Shown here one piece after another: positions 51,318 through 64,000 of a stretch of DNA of 64,000 nucleotides. Position 1 is the stretch's first letter; each line of letters opens with the position of its first letter. The notes below the pieces were generated by a model. The model made no database searches. It saw only the letters and a list, made by a program, of their open reading frames with translations, and was not told the DNA's origin. Source of the DNA: Eledone cirrhosa. Taxonomy: Eukaryota. Position numbers and translations under genes: made by a program. The stretch is taken from assembly GCA_964016885.1 (NCBI GenBank), contig CAXHJY010001136.1, forward strand, positions 7,827 through 71,826. Direction: 5' to 3'.

Positions 51318-51585
51318 ACAATGCTGAGTGTGTACAATGCTGAGTGTGTATGAAGTTGGTGGTGCGTGTCAGATTATGAATAGTTGGGGGTTATTGTTTA
51401 TGTATTGTTTTCTATGGGCAGGCAAGTTGATCAGCGTAAGAAGTTGTCAGAAACTGACATGCTAGGTGCATGTGTAGGCGTAAATGTGTGTGTGTGTGTG
51501 TGTGTGTGTATACACATACACACACACACACACAGTAAGCTCAGTCAACATTATACACATACAAATGGAGGTGCTCCTCGTGTGG

Positions 51586-51621
<36 letters not shown>

Positions 51622-52404
51622 GTGGCACATGCATGCAAGTTACTACATGCAAGTCCCATGTTTGGAGTATGATCCGGAGAAACAATAAGGTAGAAGACCA
51701 TAAAAGATAGGAGAAGGCATCACGTACGGCACTACAACAGTAGTACCACCAATCGCCGATCTCCGAAGGTTGAAGGTCAATGCGGAAGTCAAGAGAAATG
51801 TAACCAGGATAAGAAGGGGAGTCAAAATAAATGCTAGGAAGCTTTTTAATCCGACGCCAAGACTGTCACAGCACTAAGCATCATACAAAACCAACCCAAA
51901 CGCGGGCAGCATACGAACACTTACATACATACACACATAAGTGATTTATATAAACGTAATTAGTTTATGAATGCGTGGGATCCCTATAGTAATGTATATA
52001 GCAAACGCCCACAAGCTCAAGCATAATGTTCATATATACATGCATTACACGCATGTACATAATTTTTTATACAGCCCAACCTAATATACAGCCCAACCTA
52101 ACAACAAAATACAACAAACCTAAACTAGCCAAAGCACACCACACCAAATATAATTACCCAGTTAGATTAAAAAAAGTCAAAATTAAATCCAACACACTAT
52201 ACTGGTATTAAGAGGACGAATGTCATTTGGCCTTAATTGCCCTCAATATCAGCTTTCTGTTGAATTGTGGTTACAAGGTAAATTAGTGCCATAAACTCTG
52301 TAGTGCACTAAATACTCAATTCTATCAATAGAACCCCCACCCCACCTCATATCAGAAACCTTTCTACGGTGATCTTTGTATACACAGTAGCAGAGACATG
52401 GTGC

Positions 52405-52521
<117 letters not shown>

Positions 52522-53108
52522 GCGTGTATTTCTATGTGTAGAGTGAGCGAGAGAAAGATATATATATATGTAGAGAGAAATATCGATAGAGATAAATCGG
52601 TACGAGGGATAAATAGAGAGCAATATAAAACCTGAAAAGAACTAAATCGAAGGCGTCCCAGCCGTGAGATGGTAGGGTTTTTTTTAGGGGGGAGGGGCAA
52701 GAAGGCGTCCCAGCCGTGAAACAGTATTTTTTTTATTTTTGCTTTGTTTTTTACCAATATAATACCCAGTATTAGATATTATTGAAGGGAAATTTGACTG
52801 TTATTTCTAGCAGGTCCAATTATGGAGACTTTCTTGTTGCTTTGTGTGACATGTGTATGTGTGCATATGTGTGTGTCGTGTGTGTGTAATAGGTGCTGTG
52901 TTCTGTTTGTGGTGTTGTGTGATTTGTATGTATGTTGTTTATGTTTTCTTTTTATTTGTGTATGTTGGCTTTGTATTGTTGTTGTTCATTAGTCCTAGTT
53001 AACCCTAATCGATCAGATATATGATAAAAGGTAATTCGGCCATAAATCATCCTATTATTTTAAAGGTACCTTTATACAATGTATATTTCTATTATTTTAA
53101 AGACGGTA

Positions 53109-53322
53109 AGGACGGTGGATTGGCAGTATCGGTAGAGTCGGACACCATGCTTTGCAGCATAGAGTTACGGTCCTTTACGGTCTGAGTTCAAATCCCACCG
53201 AGGTTAACTTTGCCTTTCATCCTTACGGGGTAGATTAAATAAAGCACCAGTAACGTACTGGGTCGATTTAATCAACTTTCCCCTCCCCCCAAATTACTGG
53301 CCTTGTGCCTATACTAGAAATC
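53109..53322 (+). mobile_element. tRNA-derived SINE with ~19-bp TSD
   Basis: ATTATTTTAAAGACGGTAA at 53091-53109 and 53323-53341. Confidence 0.9.
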
Positions 53323-54283
53323 ATTATTTTAAAGACGGTAAAGTTTAATTCGAAAGACATTTAGCTGCTATCTCCAGCAAACTGAGAGACTATGCAAAGG
53401 TGTTATTATGTTTGTTTAGATCTCAAGTCAGCCTTAGTCAAAGTAGTTTCAATCACGATCAACCCGTCTTTTGCTTGTCTTGGACGACATTGTCCAATGT
53501 GTTTTTCCATTTTTAAGACGACATGATGTAATTTGACTACTGTTTCTAGATGATCAAGAAGTCATGTCAAGAAGTCCCATAGTGACAGATTTAACCCATC
53601 GTTTAGCTTAACACCACCACTTAGCCCATGAGTACTGTCATCGGAGTCCTCTCTTTTGCAAATATTCATTTCAAGTTTCCGGTCTGAAGACAACCTTTCC
53701 CTTTCTTTCCGTCAGATTTGGAGGCCCCGAAAAAGGCATTGGGTACTGCCTATCTTCCTCTAATCTAGCCATAGAAGATATCACCCATAAGAAAGACTAA
53801 TCAGGGATAAATATATAAAATATTCTTGTTTTGGAATACATATATACGCTTTAACACAAGGAATATTAGAGGAATATTGTCATCAAAACGTCCTCTAAAT
53901 ACAAACATAACAAGTCTGATATATTCATTTGGGACAGACAAAAAATATATTTAGCGTGAACCCTGCAGATGTGAACAATAAATTCCAAAATCAGCTAAAA
54001 AGAGAATATTTACAGTAAATTGCTACAAAACTTACAGCATCTTTACCTGGTTTATAGATTCTAATTTATTGGTACACATAGCTATGTTTAAATGTCTTAG
54101 TAGCAATCTTGAATAGAAAGTGATCAACGAAAATACAATCTGTAAGCGGAACAGGAATACGCGCAAAACATTTCTAAAGTTCAGCATTGTACCATGGTTG
54201 TTATCAAAAGTCTACAAATGGAATTTTGTTTCGTTGTTAGAAACTAATTCCTACGTTATAGGAAGGAAAATATACGTACATGG

Positions 54284-54850
<567 letters not shown>

Positions 54851-55652
54851 CTGCATTGATACATTTACGATATATTATTAGAGTTAGTAGAAAGCCATGC
54901 TGAATATATTCTACTATACACACGCAAACATATGCCTCACCCCCACCCCCCCACCCCACCCACCCCTCCACAAAAAAGTATATATATATATATATACTCA
55001 CACATATAGGCTAAAAAAACACCCATTCCTTTGAGCAGAGAGCAGCGATCCTACCTCCTTCTTCTGCCCATCAAGCAGCTGCAACTTTAACTGCACGGCT
55101 GCAACCAAAGCAACAGTGGTAGTAACAGCAGCAGTAGCAGAATCAGCAGCACTATCAACAATAGCAGCGACCGCAGCAGTACCAGCAATAGAAAGCACAG
55201 AGTTGACCGAAGCTACATCATAACCAGCAAAGCAGCCTGTAAACCAGTCAGCCAGTCAACCAGCCGATTAGCCAGCCAACCAGTCAGCATGCAAGAGACG
55301 CCACGCGGGCGGAATTAATAGATATACCAGTCAAGTCTCCCTAAAATTACATTCTATTGTCGTTAACATTTTAGAACACATTAGACAATATAATTGTAGA
55401 TATATAGAAAGTCAGTTGCTTTCATGTCTGCTAAATCATGGATAGCCTAGGGCTAAACAACAGTAATAACAACCAGCCAAACTGAGAGAGCCGCTGTGCG
55501 CTCGCTCAAATTGCTAGAAGTAACAGCCAAATCTCTTTAAAATAACAGCCCCAGAATCTTTAAGAAAAGGAAGGTCATATAAAATAACGTAGTGCTAAAT
55601 ACAATACATCTGAGAAAAAATAGGGCTGATCAGAGCAGACCTGGGATTAAAA

Positions 55653-55653
<1 letters not shown>

Positions 55654-55704
<51 letters not shown>

Positions 55705-55729
55705 TTTCTGATGATGATGATGACGATGA

Positions 55730-55784
<55 letters not shown>

Positions 55785-55870
55785 GCTGCTGTTGCTGCTG
55801 CTACTGCTACTGCTGTTGTTGCTGCTATTTCTACTGTTGCTGCTGATGATGACAATGATGATGGTGATGC
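55654..55870. repeat. Compound trinucleotide repeat (CTA)n/(GAT)n/(CTG)n
   Basis: Direct inspection. Confidence 0.95.
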
Positions 55871-55969
55871 TTTTGTTGCTTCTTGGATCCAATGAAGAAA
55901 ATTCTACGTAGTCGTGTGTCCTGGCTGAAAGGCCTTTAATCATAGATCTGCTCGATTAACATCTACAAC

Positions 55970-56440
55970 ATGCTGCTGTGTTGTGTTGAAATAAGAATCA
56001 TGCAAGTGCCACCGGAGATTGCAGCCTCTTCGCTAATAGTAGTTGTCATAGGGGAAGATACAAATATTCTGGAAGTCTATAAAATGAAATGGGAAAACTG
56101 GAAGCAGATGGGGATGGAAATCCTTGTCCAAACCAGCCAGCAATGCGTGGAAGTAATTCCAGACATGATAGATCTTCCAGGCGGCACCCATCTATCAGTG
56201 ACGGTAGAGTGTAGAAGGGCACGATGTCATATCTGTGGCGCTGTGACCTACTTAAAAGTTTTCTACACAGAGCTGGTCGAGAGGAAGGAAGGCTTCCAAT
56301 TCTGCCAATAACGCACCTCCAATAACGAAAGATCACACAACCATCATCGACCACAGAGACTGCAATAACAACAGCAGCAAAATCCCCCAAAACTACAGCA
56401 GCAATACTAACAACAACTTACACAACATCAACAACAGAAT
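55970..56440 (+). mobile_element. Decayed Tx1-like ORF1 fragment
   Basis: SVTVECRRARCHICG parallels ISVEGRRPSCYHCS at ~39350. Confidence 0.6.
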
Positions 56441-58704
56441 GTCTCAATCAAAACGTAACATCCGGGGACCTGCATCTTCCTAATTTAGTATTTCTGGACA
56501 CGTTCTGTGGCGAGGAAAAAATGAATGGGGGTTGGCAAACTTTCTCCAAAATGGAGATGATACAAAAAGTGTATATAAGAAAAATAAAAGCCACAAGGTG
56601 GGTATAAATTTTCGACCCATAATTCTGCTAACCGAAGAGTTCAAGAATTTAGTCCAGATGTTAGCAAAACGTTTGGCTCTTGTCGTCTATGCTCTGATTG
56701 AGAAGGCGTAGACATACGCCATCACTATTAGGTCCATCCACGACAACCTCCAAGTCAAGCAGTAAATCACAGAGTGTGTAGGTGAGGACCTGACATGAGT
56801 GTGGCCATGATCAATTTAGATTAATCGAAAGCTTCCGATAGGGTCGACCATCAGCAATTGGCAGATGTCCTTAAGGCAGTCGGTTTCAGTCTTGTCTTTA
56901 AAGAATGGATAGCTGCAATGTACAGTGATATCTCTCGGTGGTCAGAGTAAATAGCCAGTAATCGGAACCATTCAGTATCATGCACATGGTCCGTCAAGGC
57001 TGTCCCTTCACGTCTTTCTTGTATGTACTGACTCTAGAACAATTACTACCAACTACATCACCCACGTCATCTATTACCACCTGACCTTGCCCCAATTCAT
57101 GTCTGACTGTTTTTGTGGATGGGAATGACATATTCCACTAGTCAGGCAGCCCATGTAGTGTCACAATCCTCTACACATAGGATTTGGTAATTTGTGACTA
57201 ATGATGCGCAGATATGCGTTGAGGCTGCAACATCTCCAACGTTTCATTGGTGGTGAACAAGTTTGGTCGTCGTTTGTCAGACACGTTTTTCTTCATCTCG
57301 TCTCTTTGACAGAGCTGCAGTCTTGAGTCAATCAAAGACCGAGAGAGGGCGTTGTGTAACTTGAATGTCGTTAAGCGGTCACAGCACACAGTCGGGCATT
57401 CCGGTCGAAGGAAACTTCACTTTGGCGTTCTACAGAAGATTAGAGGTGGGTAAAATCGACGACGTTCTCGGAGGGATTCTGGGCGTCGACAAAAGTCTTT
57501 TCCAGGTGACTTTTTATTCGGGGCCAATGGATAATTAGCCTGGCAGTATCAATGTTTCGGGCTAAACTCTACATGCATAGAAATGTCGTCAGCCAAGAAA
57601 TGAAACTGTCCTTCACGAATTCGTCCAATATCCAGGCCTTGCTGACTTGTTGAGTTATGTCGAACAGCTGCTATCACGCGTAGGACGGATTTAGCTGGGA
57701 AGATTCCCACGCCGCCTTCTTTTGGTTTAGAAGGACAGGCATTTTTCATGTCTGGTAGCCATAGCGAAAGAAATTGTGTGTTAGACAAGATTAAAAGGAC
57801 TAAAGACAGACACTTACCTCTTTCACCAAGCTTGACCTTTTCAAGTTCTACAATTGAAGGTGAGTGTGGAGCGGGAAGTACTACATCCTCCGTATATTTG
57901 TTAAAAAGTGGGTGAATTTAGTGAATAAGTCTACTGTAAGCATGCACATGAAGCACGGAGAGAATAAAAAGGGGGGGGGGGGTTCTTGCTTATGATGTCT
58001 TTGGTTCTCGAGATGATCTCAGATCTGGGTAGTTTCTTCATTACTCCTGCATGGTGCCCCATCCAATTCGTATTAGGACATTCTAGTGTTATCAATTATT
58101 TGTTATTTGTTACCTGATTTCTTTCTCTCTTTACACGTTTATATGTAAATCCCCACTCTGTCTCTATGATATCTGTATAGGAGAGTTGGCAATTTCTTTG
58201 GTTGTTTACAGATGTTGGTTTCCAAAGAATCAAAGGAGACATTTGAGGCACGATACTCGTAGGGAGAATGAAGGATGTTATCTTTAAACTATAGAGCCGG
58301 CCCCAAGTCACTCCAGTTCAGTTTGTTCCAGCGACAAGAACGATGTAGTTACCAACAGAAACTCACTCGACCAACGATCCAAGGCAGCCATATTCCCGTT
58401 CGATTTCAACATTAGGTTAGTTCAATGCATTTTTTCTTCAGACTACTACAGCATTCACGCATACATAAAACACAGTTACACTTTGACTCTTTGTTTTCCT
58501 GTGTTGTCAAAATAACTTCGACGTCAGTTATTTCTTAATAAAAATTATTAAAGTAGCTACATTTGTTATTGTTCATTGAATGTTGCTAATGGCAGCTTCA
58601 CTTTCAAGTGCTGGCTGTGGCAAAAAAATACAGCAACATATCTCGACTCACTGAGACACACATAACTCATTTGCCATAAGTCCCAAACATTCTCACAGTG
58701 CTTG

Positions 58705-58780
<76 letters not shown>

Positions 58781-59008
58781 TCACTGAATCACCTATCAAG
58801 CCAATAATTCCTACTACAAATTCTGCCACACTAGAATAAACAGCTGACCAGCCAAGTATCACCTTTTACCCATGCTTTCGTTTAGTACCCAAACTAACCA
58901 AATCACTAATACGAACTACACTTGATTACATCAAACAATCTTTTCAACCGCATCTCCATATATACATACATATATGTACGTATACACATGTGCATATACA
59001 TGTATACA

Positions 59009-59218
59009 CAGGGGCGGTGGACCTGGGGCATGCCCATCCCCTCCAACAATTATATTTTTCTCCACAAACTACCAAAATACATCTATTTGGATATGCGCTA
59101 CAATTTATGTTTATCGCATATCGAATCTTTCTGACAATTTTAGAGTGCAAAGAGCTAAACTAATCACTACAACTAAATTGACCAAATCCCTTACCACCCA
59201 ATTCTTCCACCGCCCCTG
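59009..59218. mobile_element. hAT-like MITE
   Basis: 13-bp TIRs CAGGGGCGGTGGA / TCCACCGCCCCTG. Confidence 0.7.
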
Positions 59219-59609
59219 ATACATAGACACATATATACATATAACCTTGTGGAGAGAGAGCGAAAATGGAAGGAGTAGTGTATATGGTGTGTAGAGTGGC
59301 CGTAGGGGTGCAGCGATACGGAAAACTGTTAGAAATACCACAAGGTATCTCGTACAGTGCTACAATAATATAGCCGCCAACAGCCGAACTCCAAAGGATG
59401 AAGGCCAATGTGAAAGTCAAGAAAAATTTCACCAGTTTATAAATGTGGAAACGTAGCAACAGCATTGTGTGTGTGTGGGGGTGGGGGGTGCACGCATAGA
59501 ATGCTAAATCTTGTGTATTGTGAGTGCAATGGTGGGAATATCCACGTGCTTGCTGAAGTATGTGAGTGTTATGCCTGTGCATATGGACCGGATCACATTG
59601 AAAAAAATG

Positions 59610-61085
59610 CGTTGCCTCTTGAATCTTAAGCTGGAAAATAGGTCTCTGTTGGTGGTGCAAGTTTATGCACCAAACAAAGAGTCTGAATACAGATCCTTCC
59701 TTGATGAAGTCACTGCAGCATTAAATGTAGTTAAAACTGAGTCATATATCCTGATGGGGGACTTCAATGTAGGTGTTGGCACTGACCACCTAATATGGAA
59801 AGGAGAGATTGGAAGGAACAGCGATCCCAATCTAAATACGAACGGAGAGGCTTTATTAAAATTCTGCTCTAGCAATGGACTCTCTATTATGAACACCTTC
59901 TTCCAACACAGAGACATCCACAAATATACATGGTATAAAGGGAATCAGGGACAGAGATCAATAATTGATTTTGTTATTATTTCTGATCTTTTCGGTCATG
60001 TGCTGGATGTTGAGACTACCTAAATCTAAGGAAGTCCACAACACTGGCAGGTCTAGGTCGACCTACAGGATAAAGTGGGAAGCATTGGCGGATAAGGAAG
60101 TCAGGCCAGGTATGCGGATACTATTGTATCCAAATTCAGAGAACTCCCTGAACAATCTGAGGACGTTCAAACGGAGTGGAGACCGTTTAACTCGTCAGTT
60201 TCTGTTTCAGCTGTTAAATACTGCGGTATGGTGTGGCACCAGATAGCAGGAGGACCCCTTGCTTTAATCAAGAGGTCAAATATGCCATCTGAGCAAAGAA
60301 GTAGACCCAGAAAGTCCTCTTGCTTGCATTTTTAGAACAAACAAGCGCGAAAAGTCGCAGCAGAGACAGGAAATGCGTCCAAAGTTAAGAATGGGAAGAC
60401 TTTGGGGTTAAGCTGGAATGCGACTTCAAATCGGCAAATAAAGTGTTCTGACAGACAAATCGCTGACTTCGTAAGAAGTTTTCCTCTACACCTGCTATTA
60501 GGAACGCATTTGAAGTTCTCCTCTCTTCAGAGAGGTGTATCCTTGCGAGATGGAAGAATAATTTACCAATCTCCTAAACCAGGCCACAACAGCTTCTTCT
60601 GACGTACATGAGTTGCATCTGGGAACGGTGACTAATCTCTCGGGGGCTGAGTTCACAAGAACAATTACAGAACTCAAATGTGACAAGGCCGCTGGGGAGG
60701 ATGAAATTCGACCTGAGTTGTTATATGCCTTAAACAGAGAAGGTATTCTCATGTGTGCCGGGTGACCTGGATCACTGGAAAGGCACCTAAGCAATGGCAA
60801 TCGAGAATGATGATTTTCAAAAGGAAGACAAGAGAAATTGCTCTAATTACAGAGCGATCTCCTTTTTAAGCCTCCCCCATAAAGTCTATGCTAAGTGTCT
60901 GACAAAGAGATATAGGGAGTTTGTTGAGTCCAAGCTAATTGATGATCTGTGTGGTTTTTGCCCCGGACGCAGCACAACCGAACAAATATTCACACTGCGG
61001 CACGTCTTTGAGAAATCGTGGAGTACTGCCAAGAAGCGTAGACTTGCTTCGTAAACCTCGAAAAGGCATACGACCGCGTTTCAAA
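59610..61085 (+). mobile_element. Decayed RTE-clade LINE (APE endonuclease plus RT N-terminus)
   Basis: VYAPN, ILMGDFN, NGLSIMNTFFQHRDIHKYTW, SIIDFV, KAAGEDEIRPE, CSNYRAISFLS, GRSTTEQIFTLR and LEKAYDRV. Confidence 0.9.
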
Positions 61086-61110
61086 GTTCTCAATGTTTCG
61101 TAAATAAATC

Positions 61111-61895
<785 letters not shown>

Positions 61896-61999
61896 TTGAC
61901 CCTTCCAAATTACAACAATATCTGTTTTCAGATAAAAAAAATCTTGCATAGCAATTACAAAAACGAAGTATGTATATATATATATATATATATATATAA

Positions 62000-63616
62000 G
62001 AGGGTGTTAAAGTTTGCTTGAAGCATTGTGAAATGTGTAAAAATACGTATTTAAGAAAGCCACAACAATGCAAAGGGAAATCTCGAGGTAGGAAGTGAAA
62101 TATAGATAGGAAAAACAGGTGAAAGTGAAAGTTGAGAGAGACAAAGATGAAACAAAACAAAGGTAGAAGGTTACCGTAGTAGAGATTTTAATCCCAATAT
62201 TTCGGGCTCACGCCCATCAACGGGGGAAAAGTTCCAAAAGGGGGAAAACAGGCCAAGCGGAGAAAGTGGTGATGTCGTTAAGACAGGAATGCCGTTATGG
62301 GGAGAAAAATATTTAAATTTAAACGAGGGAGAGAATGCGCGTGCGCGTGATAAGCTGTGCAAAAGCTACTGACCAAATGGGTTAAATCAAGAGGGTGCGT
62401 TAGCGTGTGAAAGCCTTAAGATATGTGTATGTAAATATATATGTGTGTGTGACTGTGTGTGTATAAGTGTAAGTGTGTATATGTGTGAGTGTGTGTGTGT
62501 GTGAAAGATAGTGGGCTGTAGAAGTTGGAAATCAAAGGGTGTGAAAGGTGGTAGGTTGTAAAATATGTGTGCGTGTATAAATATAGAAGTGTGTGTGTGT
62601 AAGCGTATGGGTATACATGTGTGTGTGTAACTGTGTATGTATATGTGTGAGTGCGTTTGTGTGTGAAAGATAGTGGGCTGTAGAAGCTGGAAATCAAAGG
62701 GTGTGAAAGGTGGTAGGTTGTAAAAACATGTGTGCGTGTAAAATATAGAAGTGTGTGTGCATGCGTATGGGTATGCATATACGTGCGTGTGTGTGAATAT
62801 AGCAGGCCGTAGGCTGTGAATGGTCATTATGGTTAAATTAGCCATGTCAGCTCATTTCTCTCAGCCCGGTTGTTAAGTGGGGGTCTGAGGTTCTTAATAA
62901 CAAGTGCTTCTTTTATCCTTAAGGATCCGATGCTGCGTTCAGTCGCTAGGACTGTGACCAAGGGTCTACCCTGTGGGTTTCCGCATTTGAGGATATGTTT
63001 ACGGAAGGAAGATGCGTTGGTGTTGATATGTTCCTTGATACGAACATGTAGGGGTCGGATGGTGCTACCCTATGTAAAACTTGTTACATTATCGCATTGA
63101 ATCTTATATACGACATAGGTGCGTAGGCAATCTGCCCCCGTATCGGGCAGTTGCTGAGGGAACAAGTCCTATCTGCCTCGTAGGGTTTGTTGGAGAGGCA
63201 TCTTCGCAGCGAAGGTCCTGTGTGAGCCAAATGTATGTCAAGTCCCTCCGTACGTATGGCCCTGCGGATGGCGTTCGTGGTATATTCACTCAGGTGGGGG
63301 ATTTTAAAGAAGCACCTGCTAATATTAAGTTTTCTAGTGGGTGTAGGTCTACTGGTCTGGGGTCTCTAATTCCGTTAATCAGTCGCTTGGGATAACCATT
63401 AGATCTGAGTAGATTACGGAATTGCGTGGTATGGGTGAGACCACCCATCGGGTCGCTGCATCTGTTAGTGATCCGTGTCAGTTCATTTAGGACATAGCCT
63501 CTCTTAGCGTTGTTGGGGAGGGCTGAGTTATAATGCACAAATAGGTCCTTGCACGCTGCTTTGCGGTAGAAAGTGGTGTTTATGTCTCCTTGTTCGAGAT
63601 GTTGATACGGAAGTCG
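62000..63616 (-). mobile_element. 5'-truncated Penelope-like retroelement (RT thumb, GIY-YIG, 3' pLTR)
   Basis: TTFYRK..FVHYNSALP..K..R..NRCS..LRSNGYP and frameshifted FYIG/STIRPLHVRIKEH. The non-coding tail ends in (TA)n. Confidence 0.85.
62192..62227 (-). ncRNA. Variant minimal hammerhead motif in PLE pLTR
   Basis: TCCC-CCGTTGA-T-GGGC-GTGA-GCCC-GAAATATT|GGGA. Stems are intact, with two substitutions in CUGANGA. Confidence 0.6.
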
Positions 63617-64000
63617 AGGGTTACCTCCCTTGTTGAAAATAACACGTGACAACGAAATACTGAATGCTGTCTATTGTAGCAGTCGTCCTGAGTTGCATTT
63701 CACACCGGCTTGAGGCATAGAACGAAATAGCTGACGATGACGTGAATCCCCTGTTCGATCATAGAATACCACAAGCTTACGTATTACGTAAGTTGGATTG
63801 ATGATTCGATTTCATAGAAACATATCGGACGTATTGCAGAATATCGTTCGATTTGTCCAGGTCTGTTGTCTAACCTGATTAGTTTTTTTTCGTTGTTTTG
63901 GTATTGTTTGGTTGGGGTTTTGCCTGCCGCAATTTTCAATTTGTCAAGCTATCTAAACGTATGTAAAAACATACGTTTTTATATATATATATACATGTCA

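Noticed and set aside
56800-58400. Possible host exons on the minus strand
   Set aside because: Fragments look more like decayed LINE ORF1/APE sequence (RIVTLHGLP, SFDSLE..LLYR) with stops, and are too weak to call either way.

Overview
AT-rich, microsatellite-dense animal DNA, inferred to be cephalopod (Octopus-like) from recalled SINE families and repeat style. No intact host protein-coding gene is supportable, and most ORF-track entries are microsatellite translations. The window is a mosaic of decayed mobile elements. These include many copies of one tRNA-derived SINE, restriction-like-endonuclease LINEs (CRE-, HERO- and R4/Dong-like), Tx1/L1- and RTE-like LINE pieces, two Tigger/pogo transposase relics, hAT/Tc1/piggyBac-like MITEs, Helitron-like MITEs and three Penelope-like (PLE) relics. 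The most notable signal is a cluster of short non-coding inserts from several mutually unrelated families, lodged in (TA)n/(CA)n tracts. Each carries a minimal type I hammerhead ribozyme with a palindromic stem III. They are arranged as terminally redundant ~1.1-mers or as fold-backs with a ribozyme on each strand, which suggests a retrozyme-like or non-autonomous PLE system. A second signal is an R4/Dong-like LINE inserted twice into (ATGT)n. All folds and family calls were made by eye, and coordinates are approximate to a few bases.
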